Shown here piece by piece: positions 1 through 13,985 of a stretch of DNA of 64,000 bases (position 1 is the first letter of the stretch; each line of letters opens with the position of its first letter). The stretch is from Camelus ferus (taxonomy: Eukaryota): the NCBI RefSeq assembly GCF_009834535.1, contig NC_045696.1, forward strand, positions 31,064,001 through 31,128,000. Reading direction: 5' to 3'. The notes beneath the pieces are model-generated. The model was given only the letters and a program-made list of their open reading frames with translations. It was not told where the DNA came from and did not search any database. The position numbers and the translations under genes are program-made.

Positions 1-309
1 AAGAGATATCTGATTTAGCATCTCTGACAGCCCACAGGAAACTTGATCCAGACAGAAACAGAATGTGAAATAACAGGAGCTCTCATCCTTGAATTTAAGA
101 AAGAGGAGAGGGGACTAAGAATTCTGTGTTTCTGATAAATCAGATATCATGTCAGGTGCCTTTAACACATATTTTCATTTAATTTCCCAAAACATCACAT
201 ATATTGTGGAGTTTAAATCATGGACCTTCAGTCATCTAGTAAATAAGTAGTTAGTTATGGGGTAAATAAAAATATGGTAATCTGAAATGAAGCAGCAATT
301 AAAACAGTG

Positions 310-545
310 ATGAAAAATGTGGATTCTGGGATCCTATGATGTGGTTTCAAAATTTGTTTTGACTTCTTCCTAGCCATGAGAACTTGGACAAGTTTTACAA
401 ATTTTTTGTGCCTTAATTTCTTCAACTGCAAAGACATGGGTTGTGTCCACATGACAAAATTTTAAGATTCAAATAAGATATCTCTATTAACTGCTTAGAA
501 AAATCTGCAGTGTTTCTCAATGCCTCAGTAAATGTTTGATATTAT
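310..545 (+). mobile_element. MIR SINE, highly diverged
   Basis: Core-like 'aacttggacaagttttacaa..gtgccttaatttcttcaactgcaaa' and tail-like 'ctcagtaaatgtt..attatt'. Confidence 0.6.
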
Positions 546-1131
546 TTTCCATTGATCACCCAAATCTTTGCTCATTCTAAAATGCCATTCAGCTTCCTGT
601 ATTTGAGTGTGATAGTCATAATATCCATTGAAATATGCTCCTCATCGTTTCTATACTCTGTGTGTAATACAATCACATCATCCTCATTCATATAATTTAT
701 CTGGATTACGGTGATAATCTTGTATAATTGTTGAAACTCAATTTATTTTATTCAGATTGCTTGAAAGATACTCTTTGATGAGCAAAATATTATTGGAAAT
801 AGAAAACTTAATTTGTACCTTGTAGCCTCAGGAATTATGATTTATTTTAATTTTATTAAACTTGGTCTCCCTTGCGCATGTACATAGCTTCCCACTCATC
901 CAGGGATGATATGTGAAACAGTATATAGCCTCTATGTCCCTCTGATTTCAAAGATTCCCCCTAATATTCTGGCTAGATTTTTCACTGACTCAACTGGGAT
1001 GCTAATCCCAGAGTAACCAAGTCATGGGATTCTCCCATTATTCCCTACAGGGTTTGCTACATTTAATAATGATACAGTCAGGCTTGGTACCAGCCTTCTG
1101 CTCCAAATCAAGTCTGCTCCTGGACAGTGAA

Positions 1132-1139
1132 GTTGTTGC

Positions 1140-1173
<34 letters not shown>

Positions 1174-1191
1174 GCTGTTGCTGTTGTGTTG
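1132..1191. repeat. (GTT)n microsatellite with GCT interruptions
   Basis: Directly visible. It generates the polyQ, polyN and polyV ORFs in the track. Confidence 0.97.
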
Positions 1192-1539
1192 TTTTTCTTT
1201 TCCAGCCCAGATATAATTTACAAAAGCAAGTTTGACAGGGCAGAAGTTGGAATGGAGGGAGGGAACACAAGAATGGCTCCAGGAAAGAAGGCTACAGAGT
1301 CCCACTGTTTTCACACAGTATTTAATAGTTTTTCTTGAATAAACATTTACCAATTTGTAGTTTGCCCTTGTTCAATTTCCAGAGATGGGAAATGATGGGA
1401 TTTGAGAGGGCATAGTTTCCAGCTTTTGACTTCTATTCCTGTATTTAGGGGAAACAATTTGCCAACTCTTTGCTCTATTATAGCAAGAAATGAAAAGTCT
1501 ATTTCTGCTGTTACTTTAAATTTTATCATTAAAAAAAAT

Positions 1540-2470
1540 TGAATGCTATTGACTTAAAATTATATCAAGTGAAGTTGAATTTGCTTTTTAATTCTAATAT
1601 TTATTCTAATATTTCTTCTGGGTTTTTCTGGATTGTATAAGTGCACAATCATTTGACAATAAATAATGATAAATGTATTACCTTCTTTCCAGTCTTATGG
1701 ATTTTTTTTTTTTTTACCTTTGGCTCCTTTAAGATCTCAAGTGTAATTTTGAATTGAAATAATGATAGCAGGTATCTTTGTCTCATTCCTATTCCTAGGA
1801 GGAAGGCTAAAATAGATTTTATCAGATAAAGAATGCCCCTTTCTCCTCATAGTTTGCATATACACTATGCTTGTCTTTGAATGTATGTTGAATTTTATAA
1901 AATGCTTTTGCAGCATCTATTGAGAAAGACATAGTTTTTCATTTATTCTATGGATATGTTGATTATTTCATGATTTTATTGAAAATAATATTGCCTTTCT
2001 CAAGTAATTCCAACTTATTTAAGAAGTACTGAACATCTTGTAATATTTGGGATTCGAATCTTTAAGTTATTACTGTTCTTTAAATTTCAGATTTTGTGTC
2101 GATGAAAGAGATGGTCCTGCAATCATCCTTCCCTGTTGTTCTCTTACTAGGGCCCTGGTATCAAGATTATACTGGCCTCATAAGACAGTTGAGAAATGTT
2201 AATATATGGAAGAATTACTTTTAAAAAGTATACTTTCTTTCCTAAATGAAAGAATAAATTCAACCAGCAAAACCATCTGGGCTTGAAGGGAAGTTTCTCT
2301 GTGGGAAACTTTTCAACTGAAGTTTTTTCTCTATATTCGGTATAGATTATACTGAATTTCCATTTATTCTTGTGTAAGCTTTAATAAATTGTGTTTTTTG
2401 ATGAATGTGTATTATTTTCATCTAAGTGTATTCGGTGGACTTGTATACAATATTCCCATTATCTATTTAA
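1540..2470 (-). mobile_element. Ancient L1 (L1M-type) ORF2 fragment
   Basis: Antisense L1 ORF2 motifs 'gatagcaggtatctttgtctcattcct', 'aatgcttttgcagcatctattgag', 'ggtatcaagattatactggcctcata', 'aaaaccatctgggcttga'. No intact ORF. Confidence 0.85.
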
Positions 2471-4529
2471 CATTTAACACATAGTAGGTACTTCAAAAAT
2501 GTTGACTTTTACTCAGAAAAGTATCGACATATTTTAATCTGAAGGTTTTGAAAATACTTTGTTCCAGATGTCAACAATAAGTCTTAAGAAATAAAAAAGA
2601 AGGTGAAAAACATGTTAAAAAGTGTTTGCTACTCTAAGATTGATTGTATTTGTAGCTAGGACTTTAGTTAAAAATTTTTTTATAAAATTATAAATGTGTT
2701 TGTAAGATAATTGAGGCATTCTTGCTACTGGCATCTTACATCAGGCTTATATGGAAGAAATATTTCTAAAGCACTTGTTATCATTTATATTTATAATGAA
2801 ATCTAGCTTTAATAAAATAACATTTTATTATACAGTCTTATTTTTATCTACTTTCAATTTCCCACCTCGATACTGTACTGGTATTCTATCAGGACATTTT
2901 GATTAATTAAAATCTATTTTTCTGTTACTTAGAATTGACATTTATTTATAGTTTAAAAAGAATTTAAAATATATTTTACATTTGCATTACTGATGTCATT
3001 ATGATGTTTCTAAATCATAGTGTAGTTATAGGGATTTGTAAAGCAATTAGAGGTTCTGAGTTATTTTTCATGAATTATCTTTTTCATCTGACATGAGTCT
3101 CCTGAGATTAGGTTTTTTTAATATTCAGATTGTTTTATAATAGTAAACGGAGTCTCAGACAGAGTCTTACAAAATGGAGGAAATATTAACCAGAATATAT
3201 TCTTAAAACCTTTGAGACTATCCAAACTCATTACCTCAATGTAATGTGTACTTCATAATTAATAGAGGCCAAAAGAGCTGTTTGAGATGGTGATATACCC
3301 TGCAGAATACATTCATTCACTTCCTACATGGTTTTCTCCTGTACATCAGCTTTGAAACACAAGCAATTAAATTTTTTACCTCACCTCAGCAAAATCACAA
3401 ACTACTATGAAAAGTTGAAGCTTTCTAGGTTACCCACAGATAGCTGAAACCTATAATTGTGCCAGCTTAAAATGATAATTCTGCATTCCAAATTCTATCT
3501 TCTTCTCAATATAATAAGCAAAGAGAAATCCAATTTTATTTATCAGTTATTTGGAATCTCAAAATACCATTGCAGACTATCCACTATCAAAATTCATATT
3601 ATTAAGAATTTCATTATATTTCATATAAAAATTATAAGCACATAAAAATGTTCACTGTTTTCTTACACTATAATTTTCCCTAAGATTTACCCATATGAAG
3701 GAATTCAAATGTATTTTAAAAAATTTTATATGTGGACAGTATGTATCCTATTATTTTTTCTGACTGTTTCTCTGGAAAGAAGCATTACACATTCTCTTAA
3801 CTGGAATATAAATCTTTTTCTCTCTCTTTATGAGGGCCATAAACAAATTTATATGGATAAGATAAAAGAAAAACAAATGCATATGTCTCTTTAACAACAT
3901 CACATCAAATTTGCTGCGATGGACTCATGGCTCCTATCAAATAGGTAAGTTTTCTTACAATGATGTGATGTACATGCCATGCACTGAAGCATAATTGCCT
4001 TTATAAATTGACAGATATTTCCAACCCCAAACTGCAGTCAGAAACCTTCATTTCTGCCTGAAACATCTCAACACTCCCAATCCTGATTTCAGTTTTCTTA
4101 ATGTCAAGATTTATAAGAAGGTTAGCATTTAGTGGTTAATTAGAGACAATTATAAAAGTCTGCTATTGTTTATATTCCTATTTACTTTAGACTAGTTTTG
4201 CAATGTTATACTAAACTCATTTTAATGATATTTTCACAAAAATATTACATAACTGCTTCTGACCTATAAAAAATGATTTACAAATATCTCTACCCATAAA
4301 TCCATAATCATCGTTGCTACCTCCTTTCCTTCTATTTTTTCCTCATGACCATATTGTACCTTCTATCACAATCACGGAAGCCATATAGAAGCAAACTCAA
4401 CAAACAGAAAAGAAAAATCTAAAAATAAAAATAATAAATACTTTTAAAGAATCAATGGTGAGAAGTGAAAGAAAAATATATAAATGAATATGAGAAACAA
4501 TATTCACAATATTTCTCAAAGAGTGGACA

Positions 4530-4680
4530 TTAGCTCTACTTTTATCAAAATTTCCTGTCTTGATTGTTAAAATGCAGATTTTCAGGCTCTTAGTCAGATC
4601 TATTAAATTAGACTCTCTAAGAGTGCAGCACAAGAACACAGGAAAATTTCAGCTAAAACCCCACTGATTTTGACACAGAA
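4530..4680. mobile_element. MER5-like hAT-Charlie MITE fragment
   Basis: 'ttgttaaaatgcagattttcaggct..cagatctattaaattagactctct' resembles the MER5 core. Confidence 0.55.
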
Positions 4681-5234
4681 AATGTAATAACTCATTTGTT
4701 AGACCTGGACTGGAGCCCCGTGAACCTGCATTATAAAAAAATATTCACTCATTATAATGAAGGGATTCTTTCAGTAAACACTTTGCTAATACTCTCCACT
4801 GGACTCAGGAAGATTGAAAGAACCAGAATCTTAATTTTGGAAATGTCATTTTGGAATTAATTTTGGAAAATGGCTTTCACAGTGTGATAAGGCTGCCATT
4901 GATGGAATGTTATGTGTGATGTAAGGTGAGGTTACTTTGTCACTGAAAAGATGGAATTCAAACTTGGAAGGTTTGCATTAACAGAAGATAGATTCGTAAA
5001 GAGTTTTAATCTTCTGCCTATCTTTGGCCTGAGGAGAAAATTAAAAATTTTTACAATATTCTGATAAAACATGACCTCCTTTCCCAGGATACCAGACTGT
5101 TTTATTTTGTACAAAGATGGAAAATTACTGTATTTCATAAATAAAAAGGAAACTGCTACTGGTTAAGTAAGCATAAGCTACTAGGAGTTCTAGATCATAG
5201 GAACTGGGTTTTTAAAACCCATGGAGAAACTGGG

Positions 5235-5557
5235 GTTGAGAACATAGTTTCCCTAATTTTTGTCCTTGTTTCCAATTTAAGACCAACTAGAGAAAGCCAA
5301 GTATGCAGCCCTAACCAATTACATAGGATGCTCTGCTTCTGCTTCGCCCACAGACATCTTCCAGATGCCAACAGGCTCAAGTCAGGGCATGTGTGAAGCC
5401 TTCCCTTTTTCTCACTAGAATGCTTCCCCACTCTTCTGCTTATCATTGAGCTTCTGGTAAAACACAAGTGACAGTAGCTGACCTCCTTGCTATCAGGAAG
5501 CTCTTATTAAATAGTCTTTGATTGTTCTCATTCGGTTGGTCTTCATTTATTTCCACA
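5235..5557 (+). mobile_element. Old ERV-class solo LTR (subfamily uncertain)
   Basis: CCAAT box, polyA-like 'attaaa', and a U5-like end 'ttgttctcattcggttggtcttcatttatttccaca' ending in CA. The 5' boundary is uncertain. Confidence 0.65.
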
Positions 5558-5590
5558 GTATTCTTATCCCAAATTCCCCTGCTTTTTGAG

Positions 5591-6002
5591 TATGATGGGT
5601 GACTTTATGTGTCAACTTGGCTGGTCCACAGTGCCTGGATATTTGATCAAATATTATTTTGGATATTTCTGTGAGGGTGTTTTATGGATGAGGTTAAAAT
5701 TTAAATTGGTGAACCTCAAGTAAAGCAAATCACCCTCTATAATGTGGTGGCCTCATCCAGTTAGTTGAAGACTTTAACAGAACAAAGACTGACCTTAGTC
5801 CCAAGCAAAGAGGAATTCTGTTAATAGATGGCCTTCAGATTTGAACTGCAGCACTCTGCCCAGGGTTTCCAGTGCCAACAAACTCTGCTGATTTTCAGCT
5901 TGCCAGCCTCCATGAGCAGGTGAGCCCATTCCATAAAATAAATATCTTTTTGCATATTACATCCTATTGATTCTCTTTTCCTGGAGAACCTTGATTAATA
6001 CA
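5591..6002 (+). mobile_element. MLT2 (ERVL) solo LTR
   Basis: Start 'tatgatgggtgactttatgtgtcaacttggctgg' and end 'ctggagaaccttgattaataca' match MLT2 termini. Confidence 0.92.
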
Positions 6003-6029
6003 CTGAACCAACTACCCTACAACTTGCCA

Positions 6030-6146
6030 TTTTGGAATGTAAACTCCATGAAGGAAGGCTTTGGGTCAGTTACTGATGTATCCCAAGTGTCAAACATTAT
6101 GCCCAGCACATAGTGGGTAAACAGTATAGAACTGTGAAATAAATAA
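6030..6146 (+). mobile_element. L2 3' end
   Basis: 'gaatgtaaactccatgaaggaagg..gatgtatcccaagtg..tgcccagcacatagtgg'. Confidence 0.8.
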
Positions 6147-9100
6147 GCAGCAATCTTTCTAGAATATACAGTTTGTTGCATGAGGTTTGCATCTGTTAGG
6201 AATGTTGAATGAGACAGACAGACAGACAGACAGAGACAGAAATAAAGACAAAGATTCACACAGAAAAAAAAAAAGGGAAAGAGAGGGCTTACAGCAGATA
6301 AACCAAGATCCTATGAGACTAAGAAACAATCAAGTAGAAGCTATTGAATTTGCCTAGGCTTACCACTGCTCTCTGTTAAACTGAAAACAAAATGGAAAGA
6401 AAACCAACATCATAGCTCTTATTAATGGAATTTCATGAACACATTTCATCTCAATTTATATTTCATGGCATCCAGGTGCTAAGTGCAGTTTCAAGCCTAC
6501 TCTACCCTCCCATAAATTATACAGTAAATCATCACTAGGTAATGGGCACTTTATTTTTCATGCTGATTTCCTTAAGTGCTCTACTCTGAGATCTCTCAGT
6601 CATGGCCATATGCTTTTCTTTCCTTTCACATATTTGAATATAGAGCCATACTGATATTTCCAAGATTTTTTTTTCACCTTTTTTTTTAATGAACCCTGAG
6701 TTATTCAAAATTGTTCTTTCAGATCAAGAACAGAGTGAAAATCTTTCACAGAAAACCAACATGTAGCAAGCTCTTTTTTTTTTTCCCTTTTATCACACCT
6801 GCTAAGATTCATTTGAAAAAGATTTTCCTGAAAAAGATGAAAGAAAGTATGACAACTTTTGAATCAAAATGCCTTGAAAAGTAGAAACATAGCTCAAGAA
6901 AATGTGTCCCGATGTTTAAGAACTTTGACCCTTTAAAATGTGTTATTTTATTTGTTTGTTTTGCTTTGCTGTTTTTACTCTGCTGCTCTTCTATTTGGGT
7001 GTAGGTATACCTGGAGCCAGATATGGGATGGAAGGAAAAATCATGTTTTTCAAATACATGCCATTTAAAATTATACTGCTATAGATTGATAAATTGTTTT
7101 CCCTCATTTTCCTCAGAAATATTCACCACAATCAGTCATTTGCATTGTGACAACTGACCCTCTAGGCAATTCTGGGCTGCTGCCTGGGCAAATGTTTCTC
7201 CATGCTGTTCATTCCATATCCTGTTCTCTGGCCTGCTCCCAGCTGTTCAATTTCTCTTTCTTCAAACTTTTAGTTTTCATTTTTCAAAGGTTCCTAACAT
7301 TCCTCAAGACAGGTTTTTAAGAGTAAGTGTTTTCCACGGTCAATTTTGTTACCTAATTTTTAAATACCACAAACGGTTATAATTGCCAGTTACTATAGAT
7401 TGTTATGACTTGAACTATGGAAGATAGGATGGAGGAATTATTATACCTAATTCTGAATTTTTATAAAATGTGATTTCTTCTTGTGTTTCCCTTTTAAATT
7501 ATTTCTAACATTAAATGGAAAATTAAAGTCATTCTTGTGAGTAAATTTATATGAATTTATAAAGAAATGCTCTTCTGTGATCTTGGAGATCAAGTTATAA
7601 GAATGATTCTTAAGAAACCAGGGGAGAATGAGAAAAGCAGCTTTATTAGAAAAGTTCACACTTCCAAGAGGGACTAATTCATTTGCCCAAATGGCTGAGG
7701 CTTGAGCAAATATCTGTAACAGTTGCTAATCAACATGTTTTAGCTTTGTGGCAAATGTTTTAAAATGAAATGGAAATGTTTTTTCAATAAATTTTAATAC
7801 ATATTATCATCCAAACAAAATTTAGTAATAAGGACATCATTTTGAAGCACATAGAGATTAAATGTTTTACAAATAAGATAATTGTAATTATTTGGCAAGA
7901 TAGTTAAAGAGTAGAATAATTTATTTGGAGTTTTCAGGAAAAATAGAGCTTTTACTGATGCATATTTTGTAATTAACTCTTCAGACTTCCAACAACTCTT
8001 CTGCTGGAAGAGTTATGGAAGTGTTTCTAAAATATAATGCCTGTAAGATGCAATGGTTTGCATTCTTACCCAAAATATTTGTGTATCTTATATCCCTTGC
8101 CTAGCTGAATGCTCGTATCATTTTGAGCATTCTTTTAATGAAACATGAAGAACTGATACTATCAAGAAATAATAAGTTATCTTGAACTGCTTGTCTATAT
8201 ATTAATGGTCCTAATTAGGCTTTTTTCTTATTCAGCATTAGACTACTACTTGCTAATAATCTCTATAATATCCTCTGGTTCCATCAATACCTTTCAAGGT
8301 CCAGATTTTCTTGATCAGTTAAATCACCATGAAAGTTTTTAAAACTGCATATTTACATACTCCGTAGTCAAAAAGTATCATTAGTATGATTGACGTGGGC
8401 TAGTTAATCTTTAATACTTTCTTCAAAAGCCAGCTTTGGAAACAATTATTCTAATTACTACCTTCTCTTTGGATGTGGGCTGGGAATAAGGATGATTTCA
8501 TGTCATATATATTTCTCACCACTTTCCTGAAATGAGACCATAATTTCAGGATTTCAAAACAAATGTCTTCCTTCTGAAATACATATTGGAATTTAATTCC
8601 CCCTAATTTACCCTGTTTCCCAGAAGTGTTGGTGTGAGTTGTATGGAGGAGAAGGGGAAAGAAAACAAAAGTTCCTTTTTTTAGCTCTCTAATTATGTTA
8701 GCTAGTAGAGTCAATCTCTCTTCCTATCTTAAAGCTGTGAGATGCTGCATTACCTGCCATCTATATCTTGTGATAATTGTCTGTATTACTGTTCTACTGT
8801 TCTGTTGGCAGCATCACTTTGGCTCCTCTTTGCTGGTGGATCTGGCCACTACTCCTTTATTAAATGTTATCAGTCCTCGTGGTCATTCTCATTAGGACCT
8901 CCATCAGGGAGGCCACAGACATGAAGTCAGGACATGCATTGTTATCTTCAGGTACTTAGTTTGGCACCAGGTGGTTACACGTTCTTGTCAAGAGATGCAA
9001 ACTCCATGGTCTGATTCTCCCTTTCAGCTGTGTGCTTTTTGTTTGAAGGATGCACCTTCATGTTGTAGGAGTTACAGGCTAAACAATTCAATGTGTCTAA

Positions 9101-9559
9101 ATTAGTTTAAAGTACAGGATAGGTTAGAGACTGGACTTTAGGAAAAATATTTATGTCTCAACATTTTTGCCTTATTTTTTGTAGTGTTAATGCTACAAAG
9201 CTACTTGGTTATAAGTTTGATTTTAAGACATATTAAAATACTGTAGATTATTAGTATAGTAGAGTTAATTTCTTTGACTACTGTATCTACTGTAAAGTTG
9301 TATATATTTTTAAACAGAAAAGCTACGGTGCATTTTATATATCTATATCCATGAGATGAATTCTCTAATGAAATCTACATTGTATGTGTCTTTGTAATTC
9401 AGAATCTTGCCACAGGGTATATATCTAATATATATGGTTGTTGGATAAATACATTATATTTATTAATTTTTCTTTCTATATTTAAAATATGAGATGCTGG
9501 TGTTAAAAGGACCAAATTAAGAAGTCAATTTAAGTAGAAACATGTATTAGGAATTGGTT

Positions 9560-10020
9560 GAGTGTATTATTGTTGGTGATACCTTGTTGAATGAGATTGT
9601 TGTTCTCTCAAGGAGCCTGCATTCAATGAGAGGCAAGAAAAATTATACATAATAAAATAAAGAATACATAATTTTAGATAGATATTAATTCTTTGAAGAA
9701 AAATAAAACACAGTAGAGGGATCCAGAATCCCCTCGGGGTAGGGAGTGATGAGGTTCTTTTTCAACCTTGAGAAAAGAAAAAACTAGGTCATATATAAGT
9801 GCCTGGGGGAAGAACATTCCAGGGAAGAAAACAAGAAAGACAAACTCTTAAAGAGAAAGGTAAACAAATGACAACAAACAAAGGTACCAATACGACTGGA
9901 GCAGAAATGAGCACTAGGTAAAAAGGGAGCATGGGATTGGAGACATAACCATGAAAAATGATCACACACAACTTTGCAGGTCATGTAAGGGTTTTGTATT
10001 TGGTTCTAAGTGAAAAAGGG
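9560..10020 (-). mobile_element. L2 fragment
   Basis: 'ctctcaaggagcctgcattc', 'ggggaagaacattccagggaaga', 'ttgcaggtcatgtaagggttttgtatttggttctaagtga'. Confidence 0.8.
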
Positions 10021-10284
10021 GTATGTCTCAGATGGGAAATGTAGAAAAATGAGGTTTTCTTTTAAAGTTTTTCATAAATGACACTGATTAAATATGTTTA
10101 GGAAAGGATGATACCAAAGGAAAGCTTAAACAACTTGAAAGTACAAAGTTGATGGAAAGGAAATTAGCCTAGGAGAGGCGAGCTCTTCTATATAACTGGA
10201 AGAAAGGAAGAGTGATGCTTCTGTAAGTGTTCAGGTTTGTTTGTTAAGATGCTCATGGAGATGTTCAGAACTGTCTTCAAGGAA

Positions 10285-10575
10285 GCACTGATTGACACAG
10301 CTCTCTGGTTCTGAATTGGTCTCAGCTACAGAGAGCCATCTTGCTCAATGGAATGGCCTTCCCAGGACAGCCCACGTCAATGCCTGATGGAGGCTGAGGT
10401 ACATCCCGTCAACATAGGACCACTCTGATGGGGTATATATGTTCCAGAGTTCTCCGTGGGAGGTCTAAGATCACAACTCTAACTCTCTTCCCAGTCCCTC
10501 TTTCTTCCTCTTCTTTCAACAGATGTTGATGGCTAATAAATACCCAGCAGGACAAACTGTCACCAAGATCCTAAT
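10285..10575 (+). mobile_element. LTR16-like (ERVL) LTR
   Basis: 'gagagccatcttgctcaa..ccttcccaggacagcccac', 'ggaccactctgatggg..ccagagttctccgtggg', 'acagatgttgat..ctaataaa'. Confidence 0.75.
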
Positions 10576-10809
10576 AGATGACAGAAAACTGAAAACAGTT
10601 CTCTGATCATTTTTTTTCCCTGTGAGTTAGGAGACAAAGCCTTCTTGAGAATGAGTTATGAGATGCATATAGATGTAGAAATGGTATGTTCAAAGTGGGT
10701 TGTAAATGTTTGAATTGGTTGTTAGAAAAAAACGGGGCTAAGAATAGTATAAGGAAACAGAAGAATTGCTGGGCTGTCTTAGTAACCAAATTAGGGTCAT
10801 AGGTCAAGA

Positions 10810-11750
10810 CGACTGCAGACACTTCTTCCTTTAAAAATATCTTCTCTCAGCTATTTCGGAAACAAACATTTATGGCTTTCCTTCCACCTGTCTCGTACAC
10901 CTTCTCACTGTGATTTTTTTTTTCTTATCTTTATCCATTTACATGTTTATCAGAATCCATCCTGACTCACTTCACACCTTTTCCTGAATAGGTACATTTT
11001 TCCTGTACATCACTTACCCTCCATATACTGATGAATCTCCAAACTCTTTTTGCATCCCATGTCTCTTTCTTAAATACATGGCCATATAACTAATAGTCTC
11101 TTGGTCGTCTCTGACAGAAATCTCACAGGTGCCACAAACCCAGCAAAAACAAAATTCAGCTCTTTGTTTTCACTTTTGTCTTGTTTTGAAAAATGTGTCC
11201 CTCTGATCTTTAATACTGCATTCATTCCATAGATTGTTTTTTTTTTTCATGTTTAAGTGAAAATAAATCTCTATAATTTCCTCTTTTCTTAATTATTAAA
11301 TGTTGTCAACTTTAGAGCCTAAGTGATACTTGAATTCATCTAATAAGCCCTTCTTTATGACCTCCCATATTCCTGACCTGTATTATTTCATAATCCTGCA
11401 AATTTGCTCCCTAACTTGTCTTTTTTTCCTCCCAACTTTTTTTTCTAAGTTATAACCTATTATTTTTTTAGATCATCATTAAACTGTTGGAATAACATAA
11501 GTGAAAAAAAAACTCAAAAATGATCCAGAAATACACCCTTCTCTTCGGACAAGTAGTCATGAAATACACATGTAAACAATCTGGCATGTTGGTGCCACAC
11601 CAGCCATGGCCAGCCACACAAGCTCTGCCCTCCTTCCAGTTAACACTTTCCAGACCCCCTATAGATCCAACTCAAAGTTTATCATATATATCATATAGGA
11701 CACCTTGGCCTTCTCACAAAAGTTGGAAACATATTTTTCCTCATGATGCT
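10810..11750 (+). mobile_element. L2 fragment, highly diverged
   Basis: Pyrimidine-rich L2-like motifs such as 'ccatatactgatgaatctccaaa' and 'tctcacaggtgccacaaacccagca'. Confidence 0.6.
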
Positions 11751-12194
11751 GAAGAGAAAAAAAAAATTTTAACTGCCTTTTGAGATGATAGCTTCCTTGT
11801 ACTCACGCCAACCTCAGTATACAATAAATAATTAATTAGAAAATGTTCAAGTATGAAAAGATTTCTTCCCTCCACAAAAGCACTGCTTTCTGAAGGAAAC
11901 TCATTTCTCAGTTGAGCCACATTGAGCCTATTTAAAATTTATAATTATTACAAGGACAATGGAAAAGCACTGAGGCATTTGAAGCAGAAGAAGCATTCAG
12001 ACGTCCTTTCAAAAACCAGGTTGGATGCACCATTAGCCAAATCTCACAGACTATACCACTGGAAAAACTGGTACTTGGTATCCTTGTTATGTCGAGTAGA
12101 GAAGTCACAGGGTGGTAACTGAGGGACGGTAGTTTGCAGACTGAGAACTCCACACTGCACAACTTATCATAGTGTTTTAACTTTTCTTTCTGAA

Positions 12195-13720
12195 CAGCTG
12201 GTATAGTAACTGAGAAACCAACTATTTACAGTCTCCACGCTAAACATTTCTTTAGTGTTTGCGTCTCTGAGTCTGTGATTTGGGCTGGTCTTAGTTGGTT
12301 GCACCTACTGATCTATATTGGCCTTGGCTGGGATGACTGCATATGGTGGGTTGAAAAATGCCCCCCCCCCAATGTCAGGTCCTAATCCTTGACGCTTGTA
12401 AATCACCATATTAGGAAAGAGTCTTTGCAGATATTACTAAGTTAAGGATCTTGATATGACTAAGGATCTTGAGATGGGGAAATTATCCTGGATTATCAGG
12501 ATAGGCATAAAATGTAATCTTACGAGTCCTTATAAAAGCGAATGAGCCCAGAGTCTGGAGACTTCAACCCACAGAAGTTTCTTAGCCTTGAAACTTAATG
12601 GAATTTGCCCTACTGGCAAATTTTAGTTGCTTGGAATTGGTGATTTTCTTCCTTCCATTTTCTTCCTTTTGGAATAGGAATGTCTCTTATCCTATGCCTG
12701 CCCCATCTGCCCTCATTGTATTTTGGAAGCATCTAACTTGTTTCCTAGTTTCACATGTCCACAGACGGGGGCGGATTTTGTTCTAGGATGAGTCACACAG
12801 TCTCACACATATCTGATTTAAGTGATTTAGATCATGAGATTTGAGACTTTTGATCTGGTAATATTTTGGTGAGATCTTGGAACTGAGCTGATGCAATAAT
12901 CAATTAAGACATTTGGGAATGTTGGAATGTGGCAAATGTATTTTGCATGTGCCATGGATGAAAGACCAGAGGAAAGACTGTGGTACATTAAATGTGCTAA
13001 AAAAAAAAAAATGTGATACTAATCCCTAGAATTTGTAAATATTGCCTTACGTGGGAAAAAAGTCTTTGCAGATTTGATTGAGTTAAGGGTTTTGAGATGG
13101 GGAGATTATCTTGGATTATGTGGCTGGGTCCTAAATGAAACCACAAGTGTCGTTGTAAGAGAGAGGCAGGAGGAGATTATAGAGAGAACACAGAGAAGAG
13201 AAGACAGTATGACCTTGGAGGTGGAGATTAGAACAATGTGGCTACAGGCCAAGGAATGCTGGCAGCCACCAGAAGCTGGAAAAAATTCTTCCTTACAGCA
13301 CTTGGGGGATGTGTGACCCTGCCAACACCTTGATTTTGGCCCAGTGACACTGATTTCAGACATCTGGCCACCAGAATTGTCAGAGACTAAATCTCTGCTG
13401 TTTTAAGCCACTTGGGAAACTAATACACTAATTCATTATCTGTTTTCTGCATGCTTCTCTCACCCTATTGCATTCTGTCATTGTGCTTCTCCTCACTCTC
13501 CCCATGGCAATTTCAGAAAACAAAAGCAAAATGAAGAAAGGCCAGGGCCTTTACAAGTCTCTGCCTACATCTGGTTGCTGATAGCCTATTGCCAAAAGTA
13601 AGTCATGTGACTGAGTGGCCCACTGTCAGAGTGAGACAGCACTGCAAGTTTGCACACCAAAGGATGTGGATTTGGGGTAAAATGAAGGACTGAGGCCATT
13701 TTTGCAGTCCACCATCCATA
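12195..13720 (-). mobile_element. Old MLT1 (G/H-like) LTR interrupted by a nested MaLR
   Basis: Left piece about 12195-12341 ('tttgggctggtcttagttgg..ttggctgggatgactg'). Right piece about 13430-13720 ('ctattgccaaaagtaagtcatgtgactgag..aaggatgtggat..gccatttttgcagtc'). Confidence 0.7.
12342..13427 (+). mobile_element. MaLR MLT1C/D-like provirus with internal deletion
   Basis: Partial 5' LTR at about 12342-12545. 3' end of MLT1-int at about 12545-12978 ('ggaatgtctcttatcctatgcctg..ttgtattttggaagca', 'aatgtattttgcatgtg'). Full 3' LTR at 12979-13427 (tgtggt...aactaataca). Confidence 0.85.
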
Positions 13721-13890
13721 GGTTTATTTTTTTCTTGCTTATTATCTTTGAATCAATCTCTGGCTAATTCCTCTTTATTTTCGGATATTGCCCTTTCTTA
13801 ATGTTTAGATGTTTTGTTATACTACTGTAGGACAACTTTATTTTCATTGTTATATCAGTTATCCCCAAATTTAAATTTCAAAGGTCCTCA

Positions 13891-13985
13891 CTAGACTGTA
13901 AATTCAGTGGGTTGGGGGGGGGGCAAAGATGCAGTCCTTGTCATCTTTATATCTCTGGGGACTAATGTAGAACTTTGGACAGTGC
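13891..13985 (+). mobile_element. L2 3' end fragment
   Basis: 'ctagactgtaaattc..ggcaaagatgcagtccttgtcatctttatatctc'. Confidence 0.6.

Noticed and set aside
1022..1353. PolyQ, polyN and polyV ORFs
   Set aside because: All are translations of the (GTT)n microsatellite, with no other coding signal.
13074..13363. ORFs of 80-85 aa here, and similar ones at 16354, 30180, 43183 and 45616
   Set aside because: They fall within LTR, L1 or ERV repeats and are chance or antisense frames.
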